Of a DNA stretch of 64,000 nucleotides, positions 61,776 to 64,000 are shown piece after piece; position 1 is the first letter of the stretch, and each line of letters starts with the position of its first letter. Both the position numbers and the translations under genes were made by a program. Source of the DNA: a virus. The notes beneath the pieces are model-generated. The model saw only the letters and a program-made list of their open reading frames with translations, made no database searches and was not told where the DNA came from. The stretch spans positions 128,001 to 192,000 of IMG/VR virus record IMGVR_UViG_3300031420_000003. One strand, written 5' to 3'.

Positions 61776-62075
61776 TCACCCTTCCACTTTTTCTTTAAAC
61801 GTATCGCGCAGATAGCCCATGGTTATCTTGCTGCACAGGTTACCCCACGTGAACTGGTGATTACCGTCAACCACCACCACTTCTTCCGGCTTAATGCCCA
61901 GCGGCCCCAGCCGGTTCTCAAGGAACTCCAGCACGGTGATGTCGTGACGGGATGCGCGCTTGTAAACAAATGATTCAATCCAGTCTTCGGGACGGCGACG
62001 GATAATAACGATGATGCCTTCGAGTTCTTGAATGGCGCGCTCAATGGCACCCGGATGCGATACGTTCAGTTCCAT
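61776..62075 (-). CDS. hypothetical protein
   Basis: 99-aa ORF, TAAGGA RBS; contains VVVVDGNH. Confidence 0.7.
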   Translation of the reverse strand: MELNVSHPGAIERAIQELEGIIVIIRRRPEDWIESFVYKRASRHDITVLEFLENRLGPLGIKPEEVVVVDGNHQFTWGNLCSKITMGYLRDTFKEKVEG

Positions 62076-62084
62076 GATTAATCC

Positions 62085-62609
62085 TTACTCAGTGATTTTA
62101 GTGTATTCAACGATGGTGAAGCTGTGGGCGTGTTTATCGTCGGCCTCGACGTGTAACAGGGTACGCTCTTTGTACGCCGTGACATCGAACTGCGGGAAGA
62201 TGGCATCAGCCCCACCCTCAATCTCGGTATCAACGTGCGTAATCAAAATGCGGTCAGCGTGCTCGAGGTACATCTCGTAGACCTCAGCCCCGCCAATGAT
62301 AACCACTTCTTTTTCATGCCAGCTATCAGCAATGAGTAAGAGTTCATCCGGCTTGGTGATAATCCCCACACCGTATTCGGTACCCTTCGCAGGCACCACG
62401 TTTTTGCTGTCGCGGGTAATCACCCAGTTACGGCGATTGGGCAGCGGCTTGGAACCAATCGACTCGAAAGTCTTGCGGCCCATCACCACCATCTTGCCCA
62501 TGGTCTGTTCTTTAAACCACTGGAAGTCACGCGGTAAACGCCACGCCAGTTTGTTGTCTTTGCCCAGACCCCAATGGCGGTCCACGGCAGCAATTACGGT
62601 TATTTTCAT
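62085..62609 (-). CDS. folA: dihydrofolate reductase
   Basis: VIAAVD..WGLGKDNKLAWRLPRDFQWFK, VVMGRKTFESIG.KPLPNRRN, IIGGAEVY, ADAIFP. Confidence 0.96.
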   Translation of the reverse strand: MKITVIAAVDRHWGLGKDNKLAWRLPRDFQWFKEQTMGKMVVMGRKTFESIGSKPLPNRRNWVITRDSKNVVPAKGTEYGVGIITKPDELLLIADSWHEKEVVIIGGAEVYEMYLEHADRILITHVDTEIEGGADAIFPQFDVTAYKERTLLHVEADDKHAHSFTIVEYTKITE

Positions 62610-62948
62610 TTACAGGTTCCCTAATCCGGCACGCATGGCGCTCAGGAGATTACGACGTTCGATTTTGTGGACTTGCACAGTGTCACTGAAGTCAATGAAC
62701 TGCGCATAACGCGGTTCGACCTCAATGCTCAATGCATGGATTTCAATGTGCAGCAGACGACCCGTGCCGTGGGTGCTACGGTGCAGCTTCACGGTGAGTT
62801 GACCTTGGAAGTCTTTATCAGCGAGCTTCTCAATTGCCTCTCTGACAGATTCAACGTCCAAGTCGTAGTCGATGTCACCGAGTTTGAAAATCAACCCGTG
62901 AACGTTATACAAGGACTGAGCAGGGAACTCTAATACTGGGCGAGACAT
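62610..62948 (-). CDS. hypothetical protein
   Basis: Start re-called at MSRPV after TAAGGAGTAAT. Confidence 0.75.
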   Translation of the reverse strand: MSRPVLEFPAQSLYNVHGLIFKLGDIDYDLDVESVREAIEKLADKDFQGQLTVKLHRSTHGTGRLLHIEIHALSIEVEPRYAQFIDFSDTVQVHKIERRNLLSAMRAGLGNL

Positions 62949-62963
62949 TTGATTACTCCTTAC

Positions 62964-62991
62964 AAAAAAACTAACCCCACCGAAGTGGGGC
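62964..62991 (-). terminator. intrinsic terminator (UUCG loop)
   Basis: CCCCAC-cgaa-GTGGGG. Confidence 0.7.
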
Positions 62992-62998
62992 ATGTTGA

Positions 62999-63619
62999 TT
63001 AGAATTGAGACTGGACGGAGCTCTTACGGTGAATCACCAACTGTGGCAATGTCAACGGTTGAGCAGTAATCAGTCGTTCCTTCGCACTGGACAAATTCGT
63101 TACCCGAGCATGGGTGATACGTTCAGGCTCGATGGCACCGTTCGCTTCGTCCAACAGATGTTCATTCATCAGACGTTGTTCGATATCCAACGACATCTGC
63201 ATGTCGGCTTTATCGAACGAGAGTTCAGTTACCACGGTCAGATAACCGTCCATGACTTCCGGCACACGGGCAACGTGTTTGCGGTAGAAGTGTTCAAACT
63301 TACTGTAGTCACGGCTGGCGGTTTTGTGCATGTATTCCATACCGGCGGCAACGGCCCACTTGTAGAGTGGCTGTAAGCGCTTGTATGTTTCGAAGTCACA
63401 CTTCTGGTCCAGTGTGAAGGTACGGCTGTTGTAGTGGAGGGTAGCGCTCTCCGTGTTGCGAGCGTAGCAGGCTTGTACGAAAGAGGCGATGCCAAGCATA
63501 ACCGGACGCGGTACACGTAATGGTGCTTGATGTTCGAAATGCAACTCAAAGACTTTAGCATCACGCAGGTCTGCGGTGTTGCCCGTTACGTCGATTACAG
63601 AGAGCAGGTTATAGTTCAT
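62999..63619 (-). CDS. hypothetical protein
   Basis: 206-aa ORF, AAGGAG RBS, downstream of both promoter classes. Confidence 0.75.
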   Translation of the reverse strand: MNYNLLSVIDVTGNTADLRDAKVFELHFEHQAPLRVPRPVMLGIASFVQACYARNTESATLHYNSRTFTLDQKCDFETYKRLQPLYKWAVAAGMEYMHKTASRDYSKFEHFYRKHVARVPEVMDGYLTVVTELSFDKADMQMSLDIEQRLMNEHLLDEANGAIEPERITHARVTNLSSAKERLITAQPLTLPQLVIHRKSSVQSQF

Positions 63620-63641
63620 GGGTTAAATCTCCTTGCGATTA

Positions 63642-63667
63642 CATAATGGAATAGGTCTCGTGTAAAA
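63642..63667 (-). promoter_or_regulatory. class-2 promoter
   Basis: Minus strand TTTTACAC-N14-TATG. Confidence 0.5.
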
Positions 63668-63693
63668 AAGGTCATTGTGTTACCTCACCTAAA

Positions 63694-63710
63694 TGATATC
63701 TATCTCAGAT
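63694..63710 (-). promoter_or_regulatory. class-1 promoter
   Basis: Minus strand ATCTGAGATAGATATCA followed by TTTAGGTGA. Confidence 0.6.
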
Positions 63711-63719
63711 TCGGTCGAA

Positions 63720-63755
63720 TAAAAGAAAGAATCCCCACTCCGAAGAGTGGGGTTT
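63720..63755 (-). terminator. intrinsic terminator (UUCG loop)
   Basis: CCCCACTC-cgaa-GAGTGGGG. Confidence 0.8.
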
Positions 63756-63772
63756 CCCGACACTAAAAGGGA

Positions 63773-64000
63773 TTAACCTTTTTCGTGTGCAGCGATACCA
63801 GAAGCGATATAGCCGTTCAGGCCAGCGCTCAGGTTTTTCTGGATCATGGCAATCGCACGCTCTGCAGAAGAGACGCTGGCGTTGATACCAGTGACGCCAC
63901 GGCGAACCATGCGGACTGCACGAGCCAGACCCGGCTTGTCGTCGATTTTAACATCGTCAACACGCTTAACCAGTTTGGTCAGTTCAGCTTCGAACTTAGC
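63773..64000 (-). CDS. internal head protein, C-terminal fragment (partial)
   Basis: Manual translation ...IQKNLSAGLNGYIASGIAAHEKG resembles C-termini GLLEYVRLSIKEG and GLINWVAASIKAG; high-expression codon bias. Confidence 0.6.
   Translation of the reverse strand, partial: AKFEAELTKLVKRVDDVKIDDKPGLARAVRMVRRGVTGINASVSSAERAIAMIQKNLSAGLNGYIASGIAAHEKG

Noticed and set aside
15859-63755. Repeated CC-cgaa-GG hairpins as CRISPR/REP-type repeats
   Set aside because: Dispersed, stems differ, each sits at a gene end with a U-tract; best explained as UUCG-loop terminators
1-64000. Bacterial chromosome or prophage origin
   Set aside because: No host housekeeping genes, integrase or att site; phiKZ-like core genes and phage-type promoter motifs throughout

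Overview
A 64-kb segment of a jumbo myophage genome of the phiKZ-like (Chimalliviridae) type. Gene order most resembles enterobacterial SPN3US-like phages, read mainly on the minus strand. This call rests on recognised motifs and remembered synteny; no database search was run. The right half holds the conserved core: internal head protein (partial), DHFR, three tail/baseplate-type virion proteins, DnaB-like helicase (+ strand), major capsid protein, non-virion RNA polymerase beta-type subunit, probable portal (+ strand), baseplate/virion proteins and RuvC. The left ~30 kb is accessory: HslU-like AAA+ ATPase, QueC-like PP-loop protein, DUF488-like protein, Dam, thymidylate kinase, a SLOG/DprA-like protein, HTH regulators and seven GNAT-fold proteins. 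Two recurring promoter-like motifs and about 27 intrinsic terminators are visible. The most notable signals are: (1) a block of enzyme folds that appear to have lost catalytic or partner-binding motifs (four tandem GNATs without a CoA motif, a prohead-protease fold without His/Ser, QueC without Zn ligands, HslU without the HslV-activating tail); (2) a tandem TYW3-like pair; (3) small early proteins with UVR-like hairpins; (4) several divergent tandem paralog arrays; (5) a shared C-terminal LxGF motif in virion proteins. No tRNA, rRNA, CRISPR array, intron, intein or transposase was recognised.
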